Shown one piece after another: positions 1 through 8,137 of a stretch of 27,460 nucleotides of DNA. Every line of letters starts with the position of its first letter. Position 1 is the first letter of the stretch. This stretch comes from a virus (lineage: Duplodnaviria; Caudoviricetes). Location: IMG/VR virus record IMGVR_UViG_3300037470_000319, positions 1 through 27,460 of that record. The stretch is one strand, 5' to 3'. The position numbers were made by a program, and so were the translations under genes. The notes below the pieces were generated by a model. It was not told where the DNA came from. It worked only from the letters and a program-made list of their open reading frames with translations, and searched no databases.

Positions 1-1820
1 TCGTCTTGTACGTGGCGAAAGAGTTCGTCCGTTACGGAGAAGAACAGTCAACCCACTTCTACGCGACCACCAACCGCCTTCGGGACCGGTGGGAGAAACG
101 CAAAGGTCGCTTCTCGGACTACTCCCGCTATCGGATCGGCCGGATAGTCCGCTACGCCTTCTGGACGGTCGCTCTCGGCTATCTGATCGACGGTGCCACC
201 GACAAGTGCACCGGCACGATCGGATGCGCTACAGCCATTCCAGCGCTCGTCGTTCAGAACTTCCAGACCATTCTGTTCATGGCCCTCAACATTGCGATGG
301 GGTTCGCGGGACTGTTCCTCATGATGTGGGTGCTCGCCCGGATGGACCTCTACCAGGTCATCCACCCGGCGTCGATCCGCACTCGGTTCTCGGACGTGTA
401 CGGCCAGGACAAGGCCGTCGCACGGATGAGAGAGAACCTGTTCCTCCTCGAAAACCCCGAAGTGGTTGAAAAGCGTGGCGGGTACATGCCTGGCGGGCTT
501 CTCCTGGTCGGCCCTCCGGGCACAGGCAAGAGCCTCCTAGCCGAGGCGTTGGCCGGGGAGACCGGGAAGCCGTTCGTGTCAGTCGGCCCGGAATCGTTCA
601 CGAACATGTTCGTCGGTGTTCCGATCATGAAAGTGAAAATGCTCTACCGGCATTTGCGGAAGCTGTCGGTGAAGCATGGCGGAGTTGTCGTCTTCTTCGA
701 TGAGATCGACGCTCTCGGCTCCCGTGGTGGTGGAGTTCTCGAGCAGGCCGCCCGGGTTGTCCTATCGGCTATCGGCCGGTTGGTCGGACTGCCGGACGAA
801 ATGGTGATAACTGGCGGTGGTGCTGGATCTGGTGCCCTGCAGATGGTCTTGTCGGAAATGTCCGGCCTGGCGAAACCCCGCGGCCTGTACAACAAGATCC
901 GTGTGCTGATCGGATTCGAACCGGTCCCCCCGCCCCACTATCGGATTCTGCATGTGGGCGCGACGAACCGGGCCGACGACCTCGACCCGGCATTGTTGCG
1001 GCCGGGACGGTACGACCGGCATATCAAAGTGGGTCGGCCTAACGCTGACGGGATCGCCGAAACCCTCCGCGGGTATCTCGCCAAACTCGACGACCACAAC
1101 GTGACCGACCAGGAGATTCAAACCCTGGCGAAGGAGAACCCGGGAGCGACCGGCGCCTCCATCAAGGACATTGTGAATGAGGCGCTGCTCACCACGATCA
1201 GAGAAGAACGGACGACGGTCACAGCGAAGGACATCCGGGAAGCTCTGATTTGGAAGCGGATGGGAGAGGACCGGGGCCGTCAGACAGTCGAGGACGACCA
1301 TCGTCGGGTCTGCCTCCACGAAGCATCGCATGCTGTCGTCGCGCACCATTTCCGGCAGCGCAGCCAGATCCAGTATGCGTCGATTGTCATGCGGGACCGG
1401 AACCTGGGTGTGGTGTCGTCAGCGCCGATTGAGGAACGACACACTCGGCCTCGGTCTGAGATCGAAGCGGACATCCGAGTGGCGCTCGCCTCAGTATGGG
1501 CCGAACGGCACTTCTTCGAAGGGGACTTGTCGACCGGTCCGTCGTCGGACTTGGAGAAGGCGACCGAACAGGCCGCTGGGATGGTCTCCCGGTTCGCGAT
1601 GGACGAATACTTGTCCGTGTCGAAACTGCAGTTCGACCAACTACCCGACGAGCAGAAAGACGCGGTCAACCGGCTCCTCCAACGTCTATACGACGAGACC
1701 GACCTGTTCCTATCTGACCGGGTCGATCAGATCGAAGCGGTAGCAGCCCTGCTCGACGTCCAGTCCACTGTCGACGGCGTCGAAATCCACGATCTGCTCG
1801 CGGGAATGGAGGCAGCATGA
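1..1820 (+). CDS. ftsH: FtsH-like membrane AAA+ ATP-dependent zinc metalloprotease (peptidase M41), probably 5'-truncated by the window edge
   Basis: Hydrophobic TM segments; Walker A GPPGTGKS; pore loop FTNMFVGV; Walker B VFFDEID; SRH ATNRADDLDPALLRPGRYDR; HExxH (HEASH); GPSSDLEKAT carrying the third Zn ligand. The frame is open to the window start. Confidence 0.9.
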   Translation, partial: VLYVAKEFVRYGEEQSTHFYATTNRLRDRWEKRKGRFSDYSRYRIGRIVRYAFWTVALGYLIDGATDKCTGTIGCATAIPALVVQNFQTILFMALNIAMGFAGLFLMMWVLARMDLYQVIHPASIRTRFSDVYGQDKAVARMRENLFLLENPEVVEKRGGYMPGGLLLVGPPGTGKSLLAEALAGETGKPFVSVGPESFTNMFVGVPIMKVKMLYRHLRKLSVKHGGVVVFFDEIDALGSRGGGVLEQAARVVLSAIGRLVGLPDEMVITGGGAGSGALQMVLSEMSGLAKPRGLYNKIRVLIGFEPVPPPHYRILHVGATNRADDLDPALLRPGRYDRHIKVGRPNADGIAETLRGYLAKLDDHNVTDQEIQTLAKENPGATGASIKDIVNEALLTTIREERTTVTAKDIREALIWKRMGEDRGRQTVEDDHRRVCLHEASHAVVAHHFRQRSQIQYASIVMRDRNLGVVSSAPIEERHTRPRSEIEADIRVALASVWAERHFFEGDLSTGPSSDLEKATEQAAGMVSRFAMDEYLSVSKLQFDQLPDEQKDAVNRLLQRLYDETDLFLSDRVDQIEAVAALLDVQSTVDGVEIHDLLAGMEAA

Positions 1821-2323
1821 AACGCCTAGCTGCCTGCGCTGTCTCAGTGCTCCTAGTGGTGGGTGGTGGGATAGCCGTGTTTTGGCCGGTCAACTTCTGG
1901 CGGCTGTTCGACGACAACCTGCGGCCCCTAGCGCTCACCCAGGCCGAGAACTATTGCGCCGGTCTTCACGGTATCAACAACGGGTTTGAGTTCGACGATC
2001 CCGAAGTCATCGCGTGTATCGCGTCCAGCACATATGACAACGAGTCGCCGTCCATCGCTAACAGCATCCGCTGGGGATGTCAGGGGATCGTCGCGGGAGG
2101 ATGGGAGGACGGTTCGACCAACGACTGCGTAGGCATTTTCGAACGTGACCAATTGTGGCTGGTCAAGGACGGCGGGATCACTTACGCGTGGAGCGACGCC
2201 TACCCGCGGCCAGTGGCGGTCGGTGACGGGATTATCGCCCCTCCCGACTATTCCCGGACGGGCACCCGTGACGGATTCTCGAGAGACGACGAACCACCTA
2301 CGACAACGACAGGAGCAGAATGA
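1817..2323 (+). CDS. Membrane-anchored/secreted hypothetical protein
   Basis: N-terminal basic+hydrophobic segment, four Cys in the soluble part, ATGA overlap with the FtsH stop, GGAGG RBS. Confidence 0.75.
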   Translation: MKRLAACAVSVLLVVGGGIAVFWPVNFWRLFDDNLRPLALTQAENYCAGLHGINNGFEFDDPEVIACIASSTYDNESPSIANSIRWGCQGIVAGGWEDGSTNDCVGIFERDQLWLVKDGGITYAWSDAYPRPVAVGDGIIAPPDYSRTGTRDGFSRDDEPPTTTTGAE

Positions 2324-3297
2324 TGTTGGACAGCTACGGCTTCGAGGTGTTGGTCCAACCGGCGCTCTACCTGGCGGCTCTGGTCGGGGTGCTGGTGGTC
2401 TTATTTAAAAGCTCCCACCGAACAGGCTCGATCGTCGACGGAGAACACCGTAAAGGGCGGCGAGTCTTGGCGGTCGGTGCGAAACGCCGTGCACTCACCG
2501 GTGTGATAGCTGCGGTCGTCATTCTGCCGGCGTTGGTGATTACCCCTCCGGGTCATAGGGCGGCGATTTACAGCGTGTCCGGGGGTGTCTCCCCCATCGA
2601 ACGGGGCGAAGGGTTGTCGTTTGTGATTCCGTGGGCGCAGTCAGCCCGGATGGTCAACGTTCGCTCTCAGGTCTACGAGGTTGAGGTCTACCCGCAATCT
2701 CTCGACTTGCAGGAGGTCACGGTCCCGGTCGCGGTTATCACCCATGTCGAGCCTGGTGAGGCCGCCGAGTTGTACCAGTCGGTCGGGTTGAACTATCAGG
2801 CTACGGTCGTCGCCCCGTCGGTCCTGCAATTGGTCACGCAGGAGGTCGGCCAGTTCGCAGCGATCGACTTCGCTCAGAACCGTGCTGCACTCGCCGAAGC
2901 CGTCTTTCAGTCTCTCGCGGCTCGCCTGTCCGAATACGGGATTGTCGTCGAATCGGTCAACGTCAAAGACGCAGTGTTCGCGCCCGCGTTCATCCAGTCA
3001 GTCGAGGCGAAGATCATCGCGGACCAGAAGGCTGCTGAGGCTGCACGTCTCGTCCAAGTGGCTGTCGCTGAGGCGCAGGCTGTCCGTGAACGCGCGGACG
3101 GGGATCGGGACGCGGCGATTGCGAAAGCGGAGGGTGAGAAGAAGTCTGTCGAACTTGTGGCTGCTGCGCTCGGGTTCACTCCGAACGAATACTTGGAGTA
3201 TTTGAGACTCCAACGGTGGGACGGAATCCTCCCGAAAACCGTGGTCGGGAGTGAGGCTGGTTCGCTGATCTTCGATGTTGGTGCTCCGGTCGAATGA
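2320..3297 (+). CDS. SPFH/band-7/prohibitin family membrane protein
   Basis: Two N-terminal hydrophobic segments; VITPPGHRAAIY..GEGLSFVIPWAQ; SLDLQEVTV; YGIVVESVNVKD; Ala/Glu coiled coil; RWDGILP end typical of prohibitin-like proteins. Confidence 0.9.
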   Translation: MMLDSYGFEVLVQPALYLAALVGVLVVLFKSSHRTGSIVDGEHRKGRRVLAVGAKRRALTGVIAAVVILPALVITPPGHRAAIYSVSGGVSPIERGEGLSFVIPWAQSARMVNVRSQVYEVEVYPQSLDLQEVTVPVAVITHVEPGEAAELYQSVGLNYQATVVAPSVLQLVTQEVGQFAAIDFAQNRAALAEAVFQSLAARLSEYGIVVESVNVKDAVFAPAFIQSVEAKIIADQKAAEAARLVQVAVAEAQAVRERADGDRDAAIAKAEGEKKSVELVAAALGFTPNEYLEYLRLQRWDGILPKTVVGSEAGSLIFDVGAPVE

Positions 3298-3458
3298 TCC
3301 AGGTGAGGAAGCGGATTGGTGGGAGGTGGCTGCCTTTGCGTAGTGGGGTGAAGCCTGTTCCTGTCCGCTGTTCTAACTGTCTTGCGCGGGGGTCTGCGAA
3401 TCCGAAGGTTCTCCCTAAGGGGAAGCGGATCGTGGACGGCTGCACGGAATGCCGATGA
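3294..3458 (+). CDS. Small zinc-ribbon protein (54 aa; absent from the ORF track)
   Basis: MIQVRKRIGG...CSNC...CTEC; ATGA overlaps at both ends. Confidence 0.6.
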   Translation: MIQVRKRIGGRWLPLRSGVKPVPVRCSNCLARGSANPKVLPKGKRIVDGCTECR

Positions 3459-3628
3459 CCTGTGTTGTTTGCGATGGGCGTGGACGGGTGGACTCTATCC
3501 GCGGGTTCACCGTCCATCTCGGGTGTGCTCCAACCGCGTGGGTGCGGGAGGACCGTGCTGTGAAGGCGTTCTTGGTGAGGGTTCGTGCTGGCGGCTGGTG
3601 GACATGGCCGGAAAAGAGGAAGCGTTGA
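3455..3628 (+). CDS. Small hypothetical protein (57 aa, CxxC)
   Basis: MTCVVCDGRG...; ATGA/TTGA coupling to neighbours. Confidence 0.55.
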   Translation: MTCVVCDGRGRVDSIRGFTVHLGCAPTAWVREDRAVKAFLVRVRAGGWWTWPEKRKR

Positions 3629-4158
3629 TCGATGAACGTCGCAGACGCTGGATCCCACTCTCCGTCGAATTCCCGTTCGACAAGACCGGCACCCGACTAC
3701 AGGAGGAGTTCGGTCCGGCCGGGCTCGGAGTGTGGGTCGCCATGTTGACTGCCGCGAAACGCGCTCACATTCAAGGCACCTTCTCTTATACGACCGAAGA
3801 GGAGGCGTGGGCGACTCTCGGCATTCACTCTCCCCCGTTCCCGCTCGCCGACTTCATCGCTGTCACTGGACGTATCAAGAAGACTCGGAAACGGCGTCGT
3901 GGACGGATCACGGACGTGCAGATAACAGCGTGGGAAGAGTGGAATGACACGCTCAAGACACGACCAAGAGACCTTAAAGACACGAAAAGTGACGCAAAAG
4001 ACACCCAAAAGACACAAAAAGTGACGGACAAAACCCCTGGTCAGAGTACCCGTTTAGTAACCACTGAGAGAGACAGTGACACCGAGAGTGAGAGAGAGAT
4101 TGAGATAGACGAATCCAACCCATTTTTCAAATTCCTGAAGAAGAAGGGGCTGGTCTGA
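3604..4158 (+). CDS. Putative phage replication initiator/replisome organizer (start ATG 3604 or TTG 3625)
   Basis: N-terminus RWIPLSVEF..LQEEFGPAGLGVWVAML resembles phage initiator N-domains, followed by a low-complexity linker encoded by A-rich direct repeats and an ERDSDTESEREIE tract. Confidence 0.6.
   Translation: MAGKEEALIDERRRRWIPLSVEFPFDKTGTRLQEEFGPAGLGVWVAMLTAAKRAHIQGTFSYTTEEEAWATLGIHSPPFPLADFIAVTGRIKKTRKRRRGRITDVQITAWEEWNDTLKTRPRDLKDTKSDAKDTQKTQKVTDKTPGQSTRLVTTERDSDTESEREIEIDESNPFFKFLKKKGLV
3955..4030. repeat. Iteron-like direct repeats, candidate replication origin
   Basis: AAAGACACRAAAAGTGACG at 3976-3994 and 4008-4026 (18/19 identical); another AAAGACAC at 3997; A-rich in a GC-rich genome. 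Confidence 0.55.
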
Positions 4159-4286
4159 TGGGACGCACACCCACCACTGAGGGCGACAGTAAAGACCCTT
4201 GTGAGTTCTACTTCGACGGCAAGCACCACTGGAAACGGAGCTTCTGGGGATGGACTTGCGACCGATGCGGCCGGGTCAAGCCATGA
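4158..4286 (+). CDS. Small Cys/His protein (42 aa)
   Basis: MGRTPTT...C..HHW...CDRCG; TGATG and ATGA overlaps. Confidence 0.55.
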   Translation: MGRTPTTEGDSKDPCEFYFDGKHHWKRSFWGWTCDRCGRVKP

Positions 4287-4498
4287 CCACAAGGGCACCA
4301 ATGGCGTGGCAACGGTCAGTGGATCTCTGGCGAAGGAAGGGCCTGACGAACGCCGACATCGCATTTGCCATGCGAACGGCGTACGACCAGTTCCTGGCCG
4401 GACACATCACCAATCCCTGGACATATGCAGCGGCCATCTGCTGGAACCTGATCGACCAACCAGTCGGATTCGGACTCTCGGAGGTCCCCGATGTCTGA
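4283..4498 (+). CDS. Hypothetical protein
   Basis: ATGA-coupled ORF, MTTRAPMAWQRS...NPWTYAAAICWN. Confidence 0.6.
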   Translation: MTTRAPMAWQRSVDLWRRKGLTNADIAFAMRTAYDQFLAGHITNPWTYAAAICWNLIDQPVGFGLSEVPDV

Positions 4499-5033
4499 GC
4501 GTATTTCGGGTGTTGCTCCGGATGTTCTGGCGAAACAGCTCGCCAACGAACGAACCCGACGTGAACGTTTGGAAGCCGAAGTGCTCGCGTTCAAAGCTCG
4601 TCTGATGGCCGGCGACCCTCCGGACCTGCTCGTGGATGTTGCTTCGGTGATTTTGGAAGCTCAGTCGGCGATGCAGGCTCCAACGTCGGGTGGTGCGTTG
4701 GGTGAGCGAGTGTCGACGGGGAAGCCTACGTCTCGTTCGCCGGTGAGGGATGAACGGCCGGTGCGTGCTTTCAACCGTTTCAAATCGCGGGTTGATGGTG
4801 CGGTGAATGGTTGGACGGTGGAGAAGGAGAAGGATTTTGAACGTGACCGTCCCGACCCTGAATCGTTAGCCCGCGTTTGGTGTCTCAGATCCTCGTGTGA
4901 CCGTTACCAACTGTCTCTGCCGAAGTTTCACAAGTCGAAGAAGTTGGGCTGGGTTGAACTGTCTCGGATTTGTGTGGGGACGCTGGTGGGGTCGGAGGAA
5001 GTGTGCGGCAGGCCAATGAGCGATCGGAGTTAA
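4491..5033 (+). CDS. Hypothetical protein (N-terminal coiled coil, C-terminal Cys residues)
   Basis: GGAGG RBS, 180 aa ORF in operon order. Confidence 0.7.
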   Translation: MSERISGVAPDVLAKQLANERTRRERLEAEVLAFKARLMAGDPPDLLVDVASVILEAQSAMQAPTSGGALGERVSTGKPTSRSPVRDERPVRAFNRFKSRVDGAVNGWTVEKEKDFERDRPDPESLARVWCLRSSCDRYQLSLPKFHKSKKLGWVELSRICVGTLVGSEEVCGRPMSDRS

Positions 5034-5037
5034 AGGA

Positions 5038-5343
5038 ATGAGCTACACGCAGAAGATTTATGAGAACGGTCACTTGATTCGCCACGACTGGGATCTGGCA
5101 GACCCGTTCGTGACCACAACCGTCAACTTGTCGGGGTGGCGTACAGCCTGGTCGGTATTTCGCGGTAGGTACGAACTCCGATACCTCATCGACGGTGACC
5201 GGGAGACGGTGAGCCGGGTCATGCTCTTGAACCCGGACTATCTCGGCCCTGAGAACCGTGACGAGTGGAACGCTCGGATCAACCAGTCGCTCGCCGCCTT
5301 CGCTGGTGAGCCGGGTCCGACCACTGTGGGTGACACCGAATGA
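5038..5343 (+). CDS. Hypothetical protein
   Basis: ORF with purine-rich upstream sequence; ends GDTE. Confidence 0.7.
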   Translation: MSYTQKIYENGHLIRHDWDLADPFVTTTVNLSGWRTAWSVFRGRYELRYLIDGDRETVSRVMLLNPDYLGPENRDEWNARINQSLAAFAGEPGPTTVGDTE

Positions 5344-5374
5344 ACGTGGTCCTGGTGATGACTGAGGCAGACCG

Positions 5375-5647
5375 ATGACGCAGCGTGACGCTAACCGGCG
5401 GTGTGTCGCCTGCGGCCGTCGACCCGACCAGATGTGCTGTGGGACCTGTCATCGAAGCTTCGATTGGATTCAACGACGGAGCATCACCTTGTGTTCGGTA
5501 GACGGCTGTTCCAAGGCTCACAACGCTCGGGGTTACTGCGACACCCACTACTCGCGATGGCAAAGAAACAACGGCGATGCGTTCCCGGATGTTCCAGTGG
5601 GCGATACCACGCGGCCTCTCGCACTGCGAAGGGTGGAAGCGGTTTGA
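5375..5647 (+). CDS. Zinc-binding protein with a CSVDGC-x-ARGYC-x-HY motif
   Basis: CxxC..CxxC plus CSVDGCSKAHNARGYCDTHYSRW, a motif I recognise from the N-termini of phage HNH proteins. Confidence 0.65.
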   Translation: MTQRDANRRCVACGRRPDQMCCGTCHRSFDWIQRRSITLCSVDGCSKAHNARGYCDTHYSRWQRNNGDAFPDVPVGDTTRPLALRRVEAV

Positions 5648-6024
5648 GCACCCGTCCGAAGTCCCGTCCGAAGGCTGACTACATGAAACGAGCCGACAAG
5701 CTGTTCTCTAAATACGTCCGCGCTCGAGACGGCTCGTGTGTGGCTGTGGGCGAGGCTGGCGTGGACTGTGCCGGCTACTTGCAGTGCGCTCACATCATTT
5801 CTCGAAGCTACAAGAGCATTCGGGTGAACCCGGACAATGCGGTATGCCTCTGTGCGGCTCACCACACGTTTTGGACGCATCGGCCGTTGGAGTGGCAGGC
5901 GTGGGTGGAAGGCAGGTTTCCGGGCCGGTGGGACCGTCTCCGTCGGGAAGCGTTGACATACGAGAAGGTCGATTGGAAGGCTGAATTGGAGTCGTTGCGG
6001 ACAGTCATGGCGAACACCCCATGA
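5644..6024 (+). CDS. NinG/Rap-like HNH-fold nuclease
   Basis: ADKLFSKYVRARD..C....QCAHIISR...IRVNPDNAVCLCAAHH; TTG start overlaps the upstream TGA (the 5401 start in the track is over-extended). Confidence 0.75.
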   Translation: MSTRPKSRPKADYMKRADKLFSKYVRARDGSCVAVGEAGVDCAGYLQCAHIISRSYKSIRVNPDNAVCLCAAHHTFWTHRPLEWQAWVEGRFPGRWDRLRREALTYEKVDWKAELESLRTVMANTP

Positions 6025-6500
6025 GCCGCCTTCCGGGCATTCTCGTCGAAGCTGACACTTTGGATTCGGACGACTGGTACACCCCGCCGTTCGTCTTCGA
6101 AGCGCTCGGCCTCGAGTTCGACCTGGACCCCTGCGCTCCGGTGGGTGGTGTGCCGTGGGTGCCCGCTCAGAGTCACTTCTCAGAGGTCGATGACGGCCTG
6201 GTACAGCCTTGGTTAGGGCGGGTCTGGTGCAATCCGCCTTACTCGGATCCAGGACCGTGGGTGCGCCGACTCCACGAACACGGAAACGGTGTCGCTCTCA
6301 TTCAATGCGACACGTCGACGGCGCTCTGGCAAGACACCGGCCCCCTCGCTGACGCCATCTGCTTTATCCGGGGTCGGGTTCGGTTCGTGCAGGAGGGCGA
6401 CGACCGCGGCTGGACCGCTCGGTTCGCTTCGGTGCTGCTGGCTTTTGGGGAGGACAACGCTCGCGCGCTTCGTGAATCGAACTTGGGGTGGTGTCCATGA
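6021..6500 (+). CDS. Phage DNA N6-adenine methyltransferase (lambdoid Dam-like)
   Basis: DDWYTPP, FDLDPCA, VWCNPPYS, FIRGRVRF motifs. Confidence 0.9.
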   Translation: MSRLPGILVEADTLDSDDWYTPPFVFEALGLEFDLDPCAPVGGVPWVPAQSHFSEVDDGLVQPWLGRVWCNPPYSDPGPWVRRLHEHGNGVALIQCDTSTALWQDTGPLADAICFIRGRVRFVQEGDDRGWTARFASVLLAFGEDNARALRESNLGWCP

Positions 6501-6625
6501 CCATCACTTGGTGTCTCACCCACCTCGTATCAGGCTCGTCGTTGAGCGACAAGTGCTATTACGCGTGGGGCTTGAACTCTGGTGAGCCTGCCTGTGAACT
6601 AGTAGAAGCGAAGGAGAAACTGTGA
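6497..6625 (+). CDS. Small hypothetical protein (42 aa)
   Basis: MTITWCLTH...ELVEAKEKL; ATGA/GTGA coupling. Confidence 0.5.
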   Translation: MTITWCLTHLVSGSSLSDKCYYAWGLNSGEPACELVEAKEKL

Positions 6626-6843
6626 CTGATTGGAGTTTTCTCTCATATGAGCTAGCCCGTCATGGCATTCCGTCCGACGTGCACGAGATCGTGACGAGCA
6701 ACTACAAGCACGACTTCGACCCGTGGCGTCCATCTCCCGACGTGGACGGCCTGCAAATCGTCCTGGACCGTGAAGGTGCTGACCGTCTAGCGCACATCCT
6801 CGATTCTCATTTCAGTGAACTAGTAGAGAGGGAGTTGTCGTGA
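6622..6843 (+). CDS. Hypothetical protein
   Basis: AAGGAG RBS, GTG start. Confidence 0.7.
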   Translation: MTDWSFLSYELARHGIPSDVHEIVTSNYKHDFDPWRPSPDVDGLQIVLDREGADRLAHILDSHFSELVERELS

Positions 6844-7046
6844 CTGACCTGATTTGTCATATCTGCGGCCGCAAGGGCGGTCATCACTCCATGATCGATG
6901 ACGGTGTCGTGGTGTTCGGCACGCTGGGCGAGGCTAAGAGATACCTGCTTGGCACGCTGCTCGGCACCAAGCGAGATGTGGAGTCGGCCATAGCCGAAGT
7001 GCGCTCCACGACCTGGGACAAATTGAATACAGGAGACACCGAATGA
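6840..7046 (+). CDS. Hypothetical protein (CxxC..H)
   Basis: GGGAG RBS, GTGA overlap; ends GDTE. Confidence 0.65.
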   Translation: MTDLICHICGRKGGHHSMIDDGVVVFGTLGEAKRYLLGTLLGTKRDVESAIAEVRSTTWDKLNTGDTE

Positions 7047-7198
7047 GCGATCCCAACATCGAACTAAACAAGGCAAGGGAAGCACTAGACGAGTCGTTTC
7101 GTCTGTTTGGGAAGCGTTTTCGGTGGGTTCGGGTTGGATATTCAGTTATTGGCGTGCTGTGGTTGGTGCTAGCTCTTGTCCTTTGGTTCGGCCGATGA
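7043..7198 (+). CDS. Small single-TM membrane protein (51 aa)
   Basis: AGGAG RBS; MSDPNIEL...VIGVLWLVLALVLWFGR. Confidence 0.65.
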   Translation: MSDPNIELNKAREALDESFRLFGKRFRWVRVGYSVIGVLWLVLALVLWFGR

Positions 7199-7458
7199 CC
7201 TTGCCTACTACTCCGTTCGTCTGCGAGAACATCGACGTGGAAGCCGGAACACGCCATTGGGTCGAGGAGATCGAGGGCGATTGCTGGGAGGACATTCCAC
7301 CGACTCGACGCATGGGTCTGATGCAGGTAGCGGAGGCCATCGTCGCTGCTGCTCTTGGTGAGGTCATCCCCGCCGAAGTGGAGACCAAGTATCTGACTGT
7401 CGAGGCCATCCGGTCCGGGCGTTACGTCACTGAATGGATGGCTGATGAGCGACACTGA
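7195..7458 (+). CDS. Hypothetical protein
   Basis: ATGA-coupled start MTLPTTPF. Confidence 0.65.
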   Translation: MTLPTTPFVCENIDVEAGTRHWVEEIEGDCWEDIPPTRRMGLMQVAEAIVAAALGEVIPAEVETKYLTVEAIRSGRYVTEWMADERH

Positions 7459-7703
7459 AGTCCGTGATAGGCACAAGTTTCGGTGTTGGTGGTGCGGCAA
7501 ACGGCGCCGTGTTGATTGGCGACGCAAGGGAGACCATCCGTGGTGCGCTGTTCGTCGACGGTTTGCGATCCACCGCAAATCATCTGTCGACGTGATTCCA
7601 ATGCCCAGACTGCGGGGGAGACGGGCATCGCTCTGTTACTGCTCCGTTCCGTCACTTGCCCAATCATTTCATATCGTGTCCTGTGGTATCGGACAAGGAA
7701 TGA
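7445..7703 (+). pseudogene. Zinc-ribbon protein apparently frameshifted near 7595
   Basis: Removing one A at about 7595 joins MSDTEV..CWWC..SSVDV to FQCPDCGGDG...VSDKE*, whose end matches the neighbouring gene ends. Confidence 0.45.
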
Positions 7704-7954
7704 GCGCTCCACGTACTAACACCCGCCAGTTCTGTCATCGTTGCAATACGGTTGATCGGATCGGGTTTCTCGCTCCGAAGGAACTGTGGCGTCTGGTCGC
7801 TGGGCCTCGGTGGGAGCATGACATTCTCTGCCTGGCGTGTTTCGCTGAGATCGGTGACGAGAAGGGCATTGAATGGGATGTGGCCGAGTTGGAGTTCTAC
7901 CCGGTGTCGTATGTGACTCTCGACCGCGACCGGGTATCGGACAAGGAGCAGTAG
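7700..7954 (+). CDS. Zinc-binding hypothetical protein
   Basis: ATG at 7700 in an ATGA overlap, directly after AAGGA; CHRC...CLAC; ends VSDKEQ. Confidence 0.65.
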   Translation: MSAPRTNTRQFCHRCNTVDRIGFLAPKELWRLVAGPRWEHDILCLACFAEIGDEKGIEWDVAELEFYPVSYVTLDRDRVSDKEQ

Positions 7955-8137
7955 ATGGGAGTCGGTGACAGCATCTATCTGATGGGGTCAGAGGACGTGC
8001 GGCGAGCGGCTGGGGAAATGCGACAGGCTGCCGACCAGATGACCCGAGCGGCCTCGGAGATCCGCGAGACGTTGAATCGGTTTCTGGACCGTTTCGCTGA
8101 GCTTGTGGAGATGATGTCGGACAAGGAGCAACAGTGA
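7955..8137 (+). CDS. Small coiled-coil protein
   Basis: AAGGAG RBS; Ala/Arg/Glu heptads; ends SDKEQQ. Confidence 0.65.
   Translation: MGVGDSIYLMGSEDVRRAAGEMRQAADQMTRAASEIRETLNRFLDRFAELVEMMSDKEQQ

Noticed and set aside
3382-3603. Extended N-termini in the ORF track (3382, 5401, 7123, 8280, 9974, 10677, 17201, 24028, 26764)
   Set aside because: Downstream starts have an RBS and/or stop-start overlaps, and most of the extensions overlap other credible genes.
4283-4498. Split DnaD-like C-terminal domain of the initiator (NPWTYAAAICWN)
   Set aside because: The resemblance rests on a few residues and cannot be supported without an HMM search.
7593-7595. Selenocysteine or stop-codon reassignment at the TGA before FQCPDC
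   Set aside because: TGA serves as a normal stop throughout the window; a 1-nt frameshift is simpler.
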